A stretch of 64,000 bases of DNA. Origin: Gemmatimonadota bacterium (GTDB taxonomy: Bacteria > Gemmatimonadota > Gemmatimonadetes > Gemmatimonadales > GWC2-71-9). The translations under genes were made by a program, and so were the position numbers. Location: contig JAZDCZ010000419.1 of assembly GCA_036679605.1 (NCBI GenBank), forward strand, positions 160,001 through 224,000. Reading direction: 5' to 3'. The notes under the pieces were generated by a model. The model searched no databases. It was given only the letters and a program-made list of their open reading frames with translations, and was not told the origin of the DNA. This document shows, one piece after another, positions 26,756 through 37,996 of the stretch. The number at the start of each line of letters is the position of its first letter. Within the stretch, counting starts at the first letter, position 1.

Positions 26756-28468
26756 TTGCTCACAGTGACACACACACGAAAACTGATCCCGATCATTTGC
26801 CTCACTATGTGCGTCGCAGCTCTCTCCTACGACATTGCCGGTTATCCCCTATTGGATCCGGACGAAGGTCGCAACGCGGAGATAGCTCGTGAGATGGCTA
26901 GCACGAACAACTTCATCTTGCCTCACTTGAACGGTGTGCCATATGTAGACAAACCCGTGCTATACTTCGGCACTGTTGCGGCAGTCATGAAAGTGCTGGG
27001 TCCAACTGTCTTTGCAGCCAGATTGCCTTCCCTCCTGTTCACATTTCTGACACTTGGCGTAGTGTTCCTGTTCGGCCGGAAGGTGTTTGGAACACGGGCG
27101 GCATGGATCGCCACGATCGCGACGGCCGCTACACCATTTACCGTTGCGTACTCTCGCACGGTGATCTTCGACAGCATGCTCACGTTTCTCACCCTATTAG
27201 CCATCATGAGTTTTTTTATGGCCATCGAGAACTCTGCACGAGCCCCTGGCAAGTCGCTACGTGACACGGGGTCGGACTGGTGGATGAGTATGGCATGGAC
27301 CGCGATGGCTATCGGAGTACTCACGAAGGGACCAATCGCTTTGGCCCTCCCCCTGATGATTGCGATACCATACGCAATACGCCGACGGGCGTTGCGATCG
27401 CTGGGCGATGTTCTCTCCATTCTTCTCTTCGTCGCGCTAGTCTCGCCGTGGGTGATTGCCGTATCACGCCATGTGCCGGATTTCCTGCACTACGTGGTAG
27501 TAACCGAAACCATCGGACGATTGACCACCGATGAACTGCACCGAACAGGCCCATTCTGGTACTTCTTGATTATCCTGCCTGCGGCCTCTCTACCCTGGTC
27601 GCTTGTCTTGCTCGCGGGGCTATGGCGTGGACGGCCATGGAGAAAAGCAGACGGTCGGATTGACGACCGTGTGATCTACCTCCTGCTTTGGATCGTCGTT
27701 CCCTTGATCTTCTTTTCATTTTCACAATCCAAGCGTCCTCAATATGTGCTCCCGCTAGTTCCCGCGGTCGGCCTTCTGCTGGGTTCTCTGTGGACTACTG
27801 TGCACGAACGTGCCTACGGCGCCCGCATTGCGGCTGTGATCGTCGGCGGAATGGGCGCCGCCCTTTTAGCTGCTCAGAAGACAATATCCGATCTAGTGCC
27901 GGTCGGACCCGCAATCGCCGCTGCAATACCGTCAGCCGCGATACTGATTGGAGCTTCCAGCATGGTTGCAGCAGTGATCGCCTACTTCTGGGACCGAGAA
28001 CGCGAGGTGCTGCTGCTGGCGTTCTCGCTACCTATCCTTATCATCCCGCTCGTCAGCGGGACGATCATGGACGAGATCGGCGGTGAGCGATCGGCCGCGA
28101 AGATCGCTACGGCATTGGGACCTCGACTCTCACCAGATATACAAGTAGTAGGAGTACACGCTTTCCCACCGTCATTGCCTTTTTATCTCCAGCGGCCACT
28201 CATCCTTTCGACCGACGACGGCTCCGAACTGACAAGTAATTATGTCGTCCGACACCTCGACCGCTGGGCAGAATCCAGCGTGCTGCGGGGTTCCGATTGG
28301 TGGAGAGAAGCACTTATACGCTGTACGCAACCCCGTATCTTCGTGGTCAAAGGTGACGATGATGATGCCCGCCAGCTCCTCGCGCAGCAACTCGATCTGG
28401 TAATCGACACCGGCAAGTATGCGGTGTACGGTCCGTGCGGATTCTCCAATTTAGCCGCAGCCAAGTAG
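26756..28468 (+). CDS. ArnT/PMT (GT39/GT83-like) membrane glycosyltransferase
   Basis: DPDEGRNAEIAREM, PHLNG..Y.DKP, AARLPS, LTKGP, FFSFSQSKRPQYVLP. Confidence 0.9.
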   Translation: MLTVTHTRKLIPIICLTMCVAALSYDIAGYPLLDPDEGRNAEIAREMASTNNFILPHLNGVPYVDKPVLYFGTVAAVMKVLGPTVFAARLPSLLFTFLTLGVVFLFGRKVFGTRAAWIATIATAATPFTVAYSRTVIFDSMLTFLTLLAIMSFFMAIENSARAPGKSLRDTGSDWWMSMAWTAMAIGVLTKGPIALALPLMIAIPYAIRRRALRSLGDVLSILLFVALVSPWVIAVSRHVPDFLHYVVVTETIGRLTTDELHRTGPFWYFLIILPAASLPWSLVLLAGLWRGRPWRKADGRIDDRVIYLLLWIVVPLIFFSFSQSKRPQYVLPLVPAVGLLLGSLWTTVHERAYGARIAAVIVGGMGAALLAAQKTISDLVPVGPAIAAAIPSAAILIGASSMVAAVIAYFWDREREVLLLAFSLPILIIPLVSGTIMDEIGGERSAAKIATALGPRLSPDIQVVGVHAFPPSLPFYLQRPLILSTDDGSELTSNYVVRHLDRWAESSVLRGSDWWREALIRCTQPRIFVVKGDDDDARQLLAQQLDLVIDTGKYAVYGPCGFSNLAAAK

Positions 28469-28472
28469 CGAC

Positions 28473-30329
28473 ATGTGCGGGATCTACGGAATGGTGTCGC
28501 CCAGCGGTTCTCCACTCGGATGCCCTCAGGTCCTCGATACCATGGGGGCCCTGCTCCGACACCGCGGGCCTGATGCACACGGCGTCGTTCAATGTATCCA
28601 TGGCTCCATCGGCGCCGAGCGACTGCGTGTCATTGATCCGTCAACCGCCGGAGATCAACCGTTCATCGACCCGGCCGAACAAGTGTGGTTAGTGCTGAAC
28701 GGCGCAATCTATAACGCCCAGGAGATTCGACGGCGGTACCGCGATTATCCGTTTCGGTCTGCCTCAGATGCCGAAAGCTTGATGCCGCTCTACCTGGATC
28801 GCGGTTGCACCGGTTTTGCGGACGTCGATGGGATGTTCGCGCTCGCGATCTACGATCTCAGAACCAGGAAGCTGCTACTTGCTCGCGATCGCTCAGGAGA
28901 AAAGCCCCTGTTCTATTCGCATGTAGGGGATGAGATATGGTTCGCCTCCGAGATGCAGGCCCTGCTCAAGCCAGTGAAACAGCAGCGCGAGCTAGATCAC
29001 TATGCCCTAAGAGATTTCATAACGTTCGGATACGTCAGAGAACCTCGCACGATGTTCGCAGATATCAGTAAGGTCGAATCTGGAACTGCGATGCAGTTTT
29101 GTCGTGACGGAGTCCAAACTCAGCGGTACTGGAATCCCGATGTGATAGAAACTCAAGTGAATTCACCCCATGACGCAGTCCAGCAGCTGGATCATTTGAT
29201 CCGTGAAGCCGTTGCCAAGCAACTCACCGCCGACGTTCCTATCGGCGTGTTGACGAGCGGCGGGGTAGATTCGTCTCTCCTCGCCGCTGTCGCCGCCCAC
29301 ACGGCTGGTGCCGATAAGATCTGCACTCTGAGCGTCGGATTCGACGATCGACCATTCGACGAGAGTGTATATGCCCGGCAGCTCTCCACCCTGCTGGGGA
29401 CTCGGCATGTCGAGATTAGCGCCAGCGACGAGATGCTGCTCGATGCACTCCGAACGGTTACAACGGAGATGGCCGAGCCAATCTCCGATCCCGCAGTTCT
29501 CCCTACCCTTCTGCTGGCGAATGAAGCCAAGAAACACGTGACAGTGGTTCTGAGTGGCGAAGGGGCGGACGAACTGTTTGGTGGTTATCCGACATATCTC
29601 GGCCACCTGATGGCTCCGCACTACCAACACCTACCCAAGTTGATGCGCACGACGATAGATCAATTCGCTGCCTGGATTCCCCCCTCCCCTCAGCGTAAGG
29701 TATCCACCTCCCATCTATTCAAACGATTTGTCTCCGCCGCACGACTGCCGCTTGCAGAACGACACATTCAGTGGTTTGGAAGCCGACTCCATCCGCGTGA
29801 ACTACTTATCGACAATTCCGAACTTGAAGTATGGACGAACGATTTCCCATCAACGGGCGATCCTCTGCGACGGGCCATGCTATTTGACTACCGCACCTAC
29901 CTGCGCGACGATCTGCTTCCGAAAGTGGATCGGGCAACTATGCTTCGATCTGTCGAGGCACGCTCTCCTTATCTAGATGAGGCGGTGATTCGATTTGCGC
30001 TGGCACTGCAACCTTCGCTGAAGGTCCGGAGTATGACGACCAAGTGGCTATTGAAGCAGGTCGCCCGCAAGTGGCTGCCCCGTTCCATCGTGAACCGGCG
30101 CAAGCGAGGATTGAGTGTTCCGGTGTCCCAATGGATAAATAGCGGCCTGCGAGAAGAAGTAGACCGTCTCTTGGACCGGGAGCGGATTGCTGACCGGGGG
30201 CTGTTAGACGCGGGCCTGATACATCAACTTCTTTCACAGCACCGACGCGGCTCAGCTGACCACGGTCGGGCACTTTGGACAATCATCATCCTGGAGTATT
30301 GGTTCCAGCACTGGTTTGCGGAGGCATAA
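28473..30329 (+). CDS. asnB: Asparagine synthase (glutamine-hydrolysing)-family amidotransferase
   Basis: MCGIYG N-terminal Cys, HRGPD, NGAIYN, RDRSGEKPL, SGGVDSS, LSGEGADELFGGY, KVDRATM..SVEARSP. Confidence 0.93.
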   Translation: MCGIYGMVSPSGSPLGCPQVLDTMGALLRHRGPDAHGVVQCIHGSIGAERLRVIDPSTAGDQPFIDPAEQVWLVLNGAIYNAQEIRRRYRDYPFRSASDAESLMPLYLDRGCTGFADVDGMFALAIYDLRTRKLLLARDRSGEKPLFYSHVGDEIWFASEMQALLKPVKQQRELDHYALRDFITFGYVREPRTMFADISKVESGTAMQFCRDGVQTQRYWNPDVIETQVNSPHDAVQQLDHLIREAVAKQLTADVPIGVLTSGGVDSSLLAAVAAHTAGADKICTLSVGFDDRPFDESVYARQLSTLLGTRHVEISASDEMLLDALRTVTTEMAEPISDPAVLPTLLLANEAKKHVTVVLSGEGADELFGGYPTYLGHLMAPHYQHLPKLMRTTIDQFAAWIPPSPQRKVSTSHLFKRFVSAARLPLAERHIQWFGSRLHPRELLIDNSELEVWTNDFPSTGDPLRRAMLFDYRTYLRDDLLPKVDRATMLRSVEARSPYLDEAVIRFALALQPSLKVRSMTTKWLLKQVARKWLPRSIVNRRKRGLSVPVSQWINSGLREEVDRLLDRERIADRGLLDAGLIHQLLSQHRRGSADHGRALWTIIILEYWFQHWFAEA

Positions 30330-30913
30330 TGATGACGCGTGATGAAGCTCTGGCCCTAATGCACGAATACACACCATCGGACGCGCTACGTAAACACATG
30401 TACTCAGTGGAAGCTGCCATGCACGCATACGCGGAGAAGTTCGGAGAAGATACCGCAGAGTGGGGTCTCGTGGGCCTACTGCATGACTTCGATTATGAGC
30501 GCTACCCCAACAAGGAGCATTCGGCCACTGAGGAGCACCCCGCATACGGAGTGGCTGTCTTGCGCGAACGCGGATTGCCTGAGCACATGTCCCAAGCGAT
30601 CCTCGGACACGCGACCTACACTGGAGTCAAGCGTGAGACGATGCTGGCGAAAAGTCTGTTCGCGGTGGACGAGCTGTGTGGATTCTTGGTTGCATGCGTT
30701 CTGGTACGGCCGTCCAGAAGTTTCTCCGACCTCAAGGTGAAGAGCATCAAGAAGAAATTGAAAGACAAGGGCTTCGCTCGGGGCGTCAATCGCAACGAAG
30801 TCTACCAAGGCACAGAGGAGCTAGGCGTACTGCTCGATGAACATATTCAATTCGTTATTGACGCGCTGAAACCGATCGAGAGTGATCTCGGGCTTGGTCA
30901 GCCGGCCACGTAG
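30329..30913 (+). CDS. HD/HDIG-domain metal-dependent hydrolase
   Basis: LRKH, GLLHDFDYE, H..AILGH, DELCG, KKKLKDKGFARGVNR. Confidence 0.88.
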   Translation: MMTRDEALALMHEYTPSDALRKHMYSVEAAMHAYAEKFGEDTAEWGLVGLLHDFDYERYPNKEHSATEEHPAYGVAVLRERGLPEHMSQAILGHATYTGVKRETMLAKSLFAVDELCGFLVACVLVRPSRSFSDLKVKSIKKKLKDKGFARGVNRNEVYQGTEELGVLLDEHIQFVIDALKPIESDLGLGQPAT

Positions 30914-30966
30914 GAATGACACCTCGGTCGGATCAACGCAATCGGTCTGTAGTGCGTAGGACTAGT

Positions 30967-31518
30967 ATGACGGATGCCGAACTCGCAGCCCGAGCACAAG
31001 CCGGGGACCGAGAGGCGTTCGGTGAGTTGGTGCAGCGTTACGCCGGCCAAGCCCGCCGGGTGGCGAGGGCGGCCTTGGGAAACGAAGCCGATGCAGACGA
31101 TGCCGCACAGGATGGTTTTCTAGCGGCGCTGCGCAATTTGGGGCGCTATGACCCCAAAAGACCTTTCGGCCCATGGCTGATGCGGATTGTCGCAAACGCA
31201 GCAACCGATAGGAGAAGAAGGCGGAAGGTCCGGGCCACGCAGGAGATACCTCCGCAGACTCCGTTCATGGGACCGGCAACTGACCGGGCAGCTCTACGCG
31301 GAGATTTTCGAGAAGCTCTCGAAAAGGCTCTGGCAGCGCTCCCGGAACGGCGTAGGCTGGCGGTAGTGTTGTTTGACGTTGAGGGATATTCGCACAAGGA
31401 GATCGGGGAGATTCTGAAAGCGCCAGTCGGAACCGTGCGGTCGGATGTGTTCCATGCCCGTCGCGCGCTGCGTACTGCACTTGGCAGATTCGAGGATTTG
31501 AAAGAGGAGATCATATGA
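30967..31518 (+). CDS. ECF sigma factor
   Basis: DAEL...GDREAF, ADDAAQDGF, F.PWL.RI, EGYSHKEI, GTVRS; alternative start 30916. Confidence 0.92.
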   Translation: MTDAELAARAQAGDREAFGELVQRYAGQARRVARAALGNEADADDAAQDGFLAALRNLGRYDPKRPFGPWLMRIVANAATDRRRRRKVRATQEIPPQTPFMGPATDRAALRGDFREALEKALAALPERRRLAVVLFDVEGYSHKEIGEILKAPVGTVRSDVFHARRALRTALGRFEDLKEEII

Positions 31519-31910
31519 AGGCGTCAGCGTTTGATCACCGACCAGATCGTGAGTTGGGTAAGGCTTTGAGAGCCATCCTGTCGGCAGAGGACGATGCAGC
31601 ATTCTCCAGTCGAGTCGTGGACAGGGTAGTGGAGCTACGAGTACAAGTGCCTAGTAGTGGTGAGCCGTGGGAAATATTGAGCCGCTGGGCCGGACCCGGA
31701 CTCGCTGCCGCCGCGTTAGGACTAGTGGCTGGTGCGGTTATTTGGGTTAGCGGTGTGGGGGTTGGGAACGACATCGCCGTGGTTAGCAATATCGCCCTTG
31801 GTGATCCGCTACAGCAGGTAGATGCGGCAGAGGTTCCGCCGGCTCTCCTGACAACGAATCAGATACCGGACGTGGATGCCTTTTTGGCCTTTTCACTCGA
31901 GAACCAATAA
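31515..31910 (+). CDS. Probable single-TM anti-sigma factor
   Basis: Overlaps the sigma stop; short cytoplasmic part plus one TM. Function inferred from position. Confidence 0.6.
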   Translation: MKASAFDHRPDRELGKALRAILSAEDDAAFSSRVVDRVVELRVQVPSSGEPWEILSRWAGPGLAAAALGLVAGAVIWVSGVGVGNDIAVVSNIALGDPLQQVDAAEVPPALLTTNQIPDVDAFLAFSLENQ

Positions 31911-31960
31911 TGCTGGATGATTTCCTAGCTATCGCAGTCGCAATAAAGGTGGTGAAGTAA

Positions 31961-32389
31961 ATGCTCAATCGATCGAAGTTATGGGCGGTCCTCCTGCTGA
32001 TCGCGGTATTCGTCGCCGGCATCGCCGTCGGTGGTGGAACCACCGCAGCATTGGGAGACAGCAAGACCATGACCGGAGAGGCCCGTGATGGCACCTCCGG
32101 TAGAGACCGTGAACACCGGAAGAGCTACAGCGAACGGCTACAAGACGAGTTGACCCTTTCAGCAAGCCAGCGTTCCTCGATCGACACGATCATTCAACGG
32201 CGTCAGGTCGAGATGCGTAACCTTTGGAAGGAAGTCGGTCCGCGCTTCGATACCCTGCGCAATGAAATTCGAGGCCAGGTCTTGGACGTCTTGGACGAGT
32301 CACAGCAAGAAAAATTTCGCGAACTCATCGCGAGTAGTGATAAGAACAGGGAGAAGAGAGAACGTGACCGTAAGAATCACCGAAAATAG
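31961..32389 (+). CDS. Spy/CpxP/ZraP-like periplasmic helical protein
   Basis: AVFVAG TM, ELTLSASQ...I, VLDESQQEKF (LTxxQ-like pair). Confidence 0.7.
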   Translation: MLNRSKLWAVLLLIAVFVAGIAVGGGTTAALGDSKTMTGEARDGTSGRDREHRKSYSERLQDELTLSASQRSSIDTIIQRRQVEMRNLWKEVGPRFDTLRNEIRGQVLDVLDESQQEKFRELIASSDKNREKRERDRKNHRK

Positions 32390-33665
32390 CATTTGTAGAT
32401 TAATAGCAGCGGCAGCTGCAACAATCGCAACCGCTACATCCCTCGGCGCACAGACGAGATCAGTCATGCTAGATGAAGCCATTGATATGGCAACCAGGAT
32501 CCAGCCGGCCATGGTCCAGGCGCGCGGCCAGATCACGAACGCCAGAATGTCACGACTCCAGGCATACGGCAACTGGATGCCTTCACTGACTTTCAATTCC
32601 TCCACTAGCAAGAGTTCCTCGCAGCGCTTCGATGCGGCGACACAAAGGACCGTCTCGGGATCAGCCGTGTCGTATTCAAGCAGCCTCAACGCCTCGTTGA
32701 CGCTTTTTGACGGATTCAGCCGGGCGGCACAGAATCGTGCGGCCAACGCCGATTACGACAATGCAGATGCGGCCTTCGTGAATCAGAGTTTCCAAATCAT
32801 GTTGCAAACCAAACAGGTGTATTACAGTGCCTTGGCCGCTGACGAGTTGGTTCGAGTGGCCAACACCCGTATCGAGCGTTCTAGCGAGCAACTCAAGATC
32901 TCTAAGGACAAACTTGCAGCGGGAACGGCGACTCGTTCAGATACTCTGCGATCGCGCGTCGAACTCGCCAACGCCCAGCTCCAACTCGTGAATGCCGAGA
33001 CACAACTTGCCACTGCAGAGGCCAACCTTGCGCGCCTCGTTGGCATAGATGGCTCTGTAGGAACCGTGAACGAGGACCGATTCGCAGAGCGCGTTGAACT
33101 GGATACGGCTATGCTTCGAGATGAGGCACTCAACAATTCACCCGAGATACACACAGCGAGAACGGCCTCCAGGGCCGCTCAGGCTCAGGTAGGAGTCTCG
33201 CGCTCCCAGTACTTTCCAACCATCTCGACCTCGTACCAAAGGTCCTGGGCAGGATCCGAGTTGAGTAACTTGCGTCCTAGTTGGTCACTGCGCTTGAGTG
33301 CCGCGTGGCCGATATTCAACGGATTCAGTAGAGAGTTGGCCCAAACTCGCAATGTGGTCGCCCGTGATGCTGCCCGCGCACAGGCGGCAGATGCAGTCCG
33401 CGGCGTTCATGCTCAATTGACGCAATACCTGACCGCCTTAACATCTGCACGCAAACGAATCGATATTGCTGAGGTAACCGAGGCTGCATCTGACGAGGAC
33501 TTGAGAGTGCAGCGCGAGCGCTACCGAGTGGGAGCAGCTACAATCGTAGAGGTACTGGACTCGCAGATTAATCTCGATCAGGCAGAAGTCGATATCGTGC
33601 AGGCCCGATTCGATTACCTGGTTGCTAAAGCGCAGATCGAAGCGCTCATTGGGAGAGAACTATGA
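32364..33665 (+). CDS. TolC-family outer membrane protein
   Basis: Signal peptide, P.L...LFDG, RY.VG...VEVLDSQ duplicated halves; GTG start at 32364. Confidence 0.9.
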   Translation: MTVRITENSICRLIAAAAATIATATSLGAQTRSVMLDEAIDMATRIQPAMVQARGQITNARMSRLQAYGNWMPSLTFNSSTSKSSSQRFDAATQRTVSGSAVSYSSSLNASLTLFDGFSRAAQNRAANADYDNADAAFVNQSFQIMLQTKQVYYSALAADELVRVANTRIERSSEQLKISKDKLAAGTATRSDTLRSRVELANAQLQLVNAETQLATAEANLARLVGIDGSVGTVNEDRFAERVELDTAMLRDEALNNSPEIHTARTASRAAQAQVGVSRSQYFPTISTSYQRSWAGSELSNLRPSWSLRLSAAWPIFNGFSRELAQTRNVVARDAARAQAADAVRGVHAQLTQYLTALTSARKRIDIAEVTEAASDEDLRVQRERYRVGAATIVEVLDSQINLDQAEVDIVQARFDYLVAKAQIEALIGREL

Positions 33666-34405
33666 CCGCCGCACAAGCAATGGGATTTCAAACCGGTGAG
33701 ACGCCGGCAGAGGATGTGATCATCCTGACCCACAAACTCACAAGGGACTACATACTAGGCGCAGAGACGGTGCACGCATTGAGGCAGGTCGATCTCCAAA
33801 TTCGGCGCAACGAGTTCACCGCCATCATGGGGCCCTCTGGGTCCGGCAAGTCAACATTGATGAACCTGATTGGATGCCTGGATACGCCAACCTCCGGTGA
33901 GTACTGGCTCAACGGCCAAAAGGTGAGTGAACTTAACGACGACCAACTGGCCCATATCAGAAATAAGGAAATCGGGTTCGTATTCCAGACGTTCAACTTG
34001 CTCCCGAGAGCGACGTCGTTACACAATGTCGAGCTGCCGCTCATCTATGCTGGAGTTTCGGCAAAGGAACGGCGCGAACTAGCAGAGATCGCCATGAAGA
34101 AGGTCGGACTCGCCGACCGGATGAAGCACAAGCCAACCGAACTCTCGGGCGGACAGCGCCAGCGGGTTGCAATAGCCCGTGCGCTAGTTAACCAGCCAAG
34201 CATCATTCTAGCTGACGAGCCGACCGGAAACTTGGACAGCGTGACTAGTGGGGAGATCATGAAGGTCCTCGAGGATCTGCATGATGCTGGCCAGACAATC
34301 ATTCTGATTACGCACGAGCGTGACATCGCTGCCCATTCAGACCGGCAGATCCAACTGCGGGACGGGCAGATTGAGAACGATTTAACGACTGAGAGAACTG
34401 CATGA
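33662..34405 (+). CDS. MacB-type ABC ATP-binding protein
   Basis: [35 protein letters not shown]. Confidence 0.95.
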   Translation: MTAAQAMGFQTGETPAEDVIILTHKLTRDYILGAETVHALRQVDLQIRRNEFTAIMGPSGSGKSTLMNLIGCLDTPTSGEYWLNGQKVSELNDDQLAHIRNKEIGFVFQTFNLLPRATSLHNVELPLIYAGVSAKERRELAEIAMKKVGLADRMKHKPTELSGGQRQRVAIARALVNQPSIILADEPTGNLDSVTSGEIMKVLEDLHDAGQTIILITHERDIAAHSDRQIQLRDGQIENDLTTERTA

Positions 34406-35973
34406 AAAAGATAGTATTAATTCTGGGAGTTCTTGCGATAGCCGGTGTCGGGTATGCCAGGTTCTATGAGCCCGTCGAAGAAACCGAGGCACCTGTATAT
34501 CAGCTGATCCCAATCACCGAGCGCGATATCGTTGTTTCCGCGAATGCGGCGGGCGAAATCGAACCGATAAAGACGGTCGAGGTCAAGTCAAAGGCGTCTG
34601 GAGAGATATTCGAGATGCGCGTTGAGACCGGTGACCAGGTACAGGCGGGAGCGCTGCTGCTGAGGGTGGATCCCCGCATACCTCGGAATACACAGCGACA
34701 AGCTGAGGCCGACTTGGTCCTTGCGGAAGCACAGCTGGAGAATGCACAGTCACAGTTGCGACGCTCGGAGGAACTCCACAAGACACAGTCGATCACCGAG
34801 CAGGAGTGGGAGTCGGCAAAGCTCGCAGTAGCAAACGCAAATGCCGGATTGGTTCGGGCACAGCGTCAGCTCGAAGACGCCAAGATAGCCTACGAGGACA
34901 CCGACGTCAGATCGCCGATCTCGGGCATAGTAATTCAGAAGAACGTCGAGGAGGGAACTGTTATCTCGTCGGCAACTGGCAACGTGAGTGGCGGTGCTGT
35001 GCTGCTCCAGATGGCCAACCTCGACACAGTACAGGTTCGCGCCATGGTAGACGAGACCGACGTAGGGAAAATCCAAGCCGGTCTGGAGGTGACAATTGTT
35101 GTTGATGCATACCCCAACCGGCCGTTCCAGGGGCGAGTCCTCAAGATCGAGCCACAGGCCACCGTTGAGCAAAACGTTACGATGTTCCCGGTTCTGGTAC
35201 GGATCCCTAATTTCGATGGTTTGCTGCGGCCTGGCATGAACACCGAGGTCGACATTCACATAGGGTCACGCCAGGGCACCATAGCTGTACCGAATCCAGC
35301 GCTCCGCACCGAAAGGGACGTGGCATCGGCAGCCAACGTCCTCGGGTTGGACGTTGAGAGCGTTCGCCAGCAAATCGCCGACGCCAGACGCGCAGCAGAT
35401 ACTACTGGTGGAAGGGCCTCTCTTGGCGGCACGGCAGCCGATCACTCCAACGACGGAAGGACAATCACCACGCGTGACGGCCGCGAGGTCAAGCTCCCCG
35501 AAGGAGTGGACGCCAAACAAGCCGAAGAGCTGATGGCCAAGCTCGGCGGTGGCGGCGGGTTCCAGAATCTGAGTTCCGAGGAACGCACACTGGCGCGACA
35601 GATCTTCCAACGTGGCGGAGGTGGCGCACGTGGAGGCGGCGGTCGAGCGGGATCAGGCGGTGATCGTGGCTTTGGCGGGGGCAGTGGACAACCTGGTGGC
35701 GGCCGCGGTGGAGGCCGGCGCAGCTCTAACATCGACGAGAGTCTCTTCGGCGGCAGCTTCATCGTGTTTGTACTGCGCGATGGAGTTGTAGCGGCTGTGC
35801 CGATCCGAACCGGCCTAACCGATCTCGACTACTCCGAGGTCGTGTCCGGGCTCAGTGTCGGCGATACTGTTCTGGTGTTGCCTAGCGCAAGCTTGCTGGC
35901 AAGTCAACAACGATTCCAAGAACGAATCAACCGGATAACTGGTGGCGGATTGCCGGGCGTACAGCGCCGGTAG
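34402..35973 (+). CDS. MacA-type adaptor with Gly/Arg-rich insertion
   Basis: [40 protein letters not shown]. Confidence 0.92.
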   Translation: MKKIVLILGVLAIAGVGYARFYEPVEETEAPVYQLIPITERDIVVSANAAGEIEPIKTVEVKSKASGEIFEMRVETGDQVQAGALLLRVDPRIPRNTQRQAEADLVLAEAQLENAQSQLRRSEELHKTQSITEQEWESAKLAVANANAGLVRAQRQLEDAKIAYEDTDVRSPISGIVIQKNVEEGTVISSATGNVSGGAVLLQMANLDTVQVRAMVDETDVGKIQAGLEVTIVVDAYPNRPFQGRVLKIEPQATVEQNVTMFPVLVRIPNFDGLLRPGMNTEVDIHIGSRQGTIAVPNPALRTERDVASAANVLGLDVESVRQQIADARRAADTTGGRASLGGTAADHSNDGRTITTRDGREVKLPEGVDAKQAEELMAKLGGGGGFQNLSSEERTLARQIFQRGGGGARGGGGRAGSGGDRGFGGGSGQPGGGRGGGRRSSNIDESLFGGSFIVFVLRDGVVAAVPIRTGLTDLDYSEVVSGLSVGDTVLVLPSASLLASQQRFQERINRITGGGLPGVQRR

Positions 35974-36009
35974 TGAGAACAGAGACTTTACGTAAGGGAA
36001 GGAACTATC

Positions 36010-37221
36010 ATGCTCTTAGGTGAAATTATTGGGGTTGCGCTCGCTTCCATTCGGGCCAACAAGTTGCGCTCTCTTCTCACGATGCTGGGCATCGTGATCG
36101 GCGTAGGAGCCGTCATCACGATGGTAGCCTTGGGCAGCGGTGCACAGAAGGCGGTCCAAGACCAGATAGCGTCATTGGGCACCAATCTGCTACAAATTCG
36201 TGCAGGCCAGTCCATGAGACATGGAATAGCCAGCGCACAGCGGGTCAGCTTGACGACCGCTGACGCCGAGGCGCTCAGAGAGGCACGAGGTCTGACGGCG
36301 ATAATTCCCGAACTGTCGCAGAGTCAACAGGTCAAGTTTGGCAACCAAAATATCAACGTGAGCATCAACGGGACAGTTTCCGCGTTTGTACCTGTCAACA
36401 ACTATAAGATCCAATCCGGGCGTGTATTCACGACTGGAGATGGTAAAGCACGCAAACGCGTTGCTGTATTGGGATACGCTGTTCCCGATATGCTCGGCTC
36501 CAACGGCGCGGCGATGATCGGTCAAGACATCTCGATCCGCGGCATTCCCTTTGAGATCATCGGTGTGTTGCAGGAAAAGGGCTCTACCAATAGCTGGAAT
36601 AACCCTGACGAGCAAATCCTGATACCACTAGAGACCGCACAGCATAGGATATTCGGGACCGACCGCGTGCGTGCAATAACGGTTCAAGTTGCGCACCCCG
36701 ATTCCATAACGGTAGCGATGATCGAAATCGAGCGTGTTTTGAGGCGCGAGCACGCCGTCGCACCCGGTAGGGACAACGACTTCAACATCACCAACCGTGG
36801 GGAGTTCCTGGCTACGTTCGAGGAAACGACCCAGACGTTCACGTTCCTGTTGGGCGGCATCGCAGCCGTGAGCCTCCTTGTAGGGGGAATCGGAATCATG
36901 AACATCATGTTGGTTTCCGTTACCGAGCGCACACGCGAGATTGGAATACGCAAGGCACTCGGAGCCACGCGAAGCAACATCCTGCTTCAGTTCTTGGTTG
37001 AGGCACTCGTGCTCTGCATGATGGGTGGCACGGTCGGTATTATCGTGGGCTCTGGTGGGGCTGTGGCACTCTCCAAGTTGGCAAATTGGAACACGCTCGT
37101 GTCGCCACAGGCGGTAGTAGTGGCATTCATCTTCAGTGCGGTGATAGGAATTTTCTTTGGGCTCTGGCCTGCGCGGCGTGCAGCTATACTGGATCCGATC
37201 GAGGCGCTGCGGTATGAGTAA
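36010..37221 (+). CDS. MacB/FtsX-type ABC permease
   Basis: NKLRSLLTMLGIVIG, VGGIGIMNIMLVSVTERTREIGIRKALGA, PARRAA.LDPIEALRYE. Confidence 0.95.
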   Translation: MLLGEIIGVALASIRANKLRSLLTMLGIVIGVGAVITMVALGSGAQKAVQDQIASLGTNLLQIRAGQSMRHGIASAQRVSLTTADAEALREARGLTAIIPELSQSQQVKFGNQNINVSINGTVSAFVPVNNYKIQSGRVFTTGDGKARKRVAVLGYAVPDMLGSNGAAMIGQDISIRGIPFEIIGVLQEKGSTNSWNNPDEQILIPLETAQHRIFGTDRVRAITVQVAHPDSITVAMIEIERVLRREHAVAPGRDNDFNITNRGEFLATFEETTQTFTFLLGGIAAVSLLVGGIGIMNIMLVSVTERTREIGIRKALGATRSNILLQFLVEALVLCMMGGTVGIIVGSGGAVALSKLANWNTLVSPQAVVVAFIFSAVIGIFFGLWPARRAAILDPIEALRYE

Positions 37222-37258
37222 TGTCCTGAATAGAACACGCCGAGAAGGAGCAGGGAAT

Positions 37259-37897
37259 GTGATTGTAACATCGCATAAGGCTTGCACCGTCTTGAAACGT
37301 GTTGCGATAGCCATACTGCCCGGCTTGAGTGCCATCGTAATGCTGTCAGCTACCGCAGGGGGCAATCACCTTGCGGCACAGACGGCAGGCATTACCGGTA
37401 AATGGCGACTCAACGAGGCAATGAGTGACGACGCCCAGCAAAAAATGCAGGAAATGTTTCAGAGCGCCGGCGGTAGTCGAGGCGGACGACGCGGTGGGGG
37501 CGGTGGACAACGCGGTGGGGGTGGGGGTGGGTTCGGAGATGGAGACCAACAACGAACGAATCCCATGCGGGCCGCTATGAACGCTGCCAAGCTGTTGGAT
37601 ATTTCGCAAGACGATAATGTCCTCGAGATCGGCTACGGCGGCGATAGCGTGCGCACACTCCAGACCAACGGTCAAAAGATCACCTTCGGCGAAGGCCGCA
37701 GGAAGAGCGAAATCAAGTCGCAGTGGAAGGGCGAGAAGCTGGTGGTCGAGACCAAGATGGACGGCGGCACAAAGGTAACAGAGACCTATGAACTAAGAGA
37801 TGAGGGGACGCGCCTCCAACTCAAGGTGCGAATCGAAAACCTCCGGTTCCCACGCCCACTAGAAATCAAGCGCATATACGAAAAGGTCACATACTAG
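37259..37897 (+). CDS. Exported lipocalin-like hypothetical protein with Gly-rich insert
   Basis: Signal peptide, ITGKWRLNEAMSD, GGRRGGGG tract, beta-rich C-terminus; start uncertain. Confidence 0.7.
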   Translation: MIVTSHKACTVLKRVAIAILPGLSAIVMLSATAGGNHLAAQTAGITGKWRLNEAMSDDAQQKMQEMFQSAGGSRGGRRGGGGGQRGGGGGGFGDGDQQRTNPMRAAMNAAKLLDISQDDNVLEIGYGGDSVRTLQTNGQKITFGEGRRKSEIKSQWKGEKLVVETKMDGGTKVTETYELRDEGTRLQLKVRIENLRFPRPLEIKRIYEKVTY

Positions 37898-37996
37898 CCG
37901 ATCAGATTCCCCACGAGGATTCGACGGCACCTGATGGGGTGTCCTGACAGCGGGGACTTCGATACTTTCGGAGTCCCCGTACTATCTTATTCGACT

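Noticed and set aside
28473..30329. AsnB as a lasso-peptide cyclase
   Set aside because: The N-terminal catalytic Cys and glutaminase domain are intact, and no leader peptidase, RRE or precursor ORF is nearby
35540..37540. GGC/GGT-rich tracts as DNA repeats or a CRISPR-like array
   Set aside because: They encode in-frame Gly-rich linkers and have no repeat-spacer periodicity
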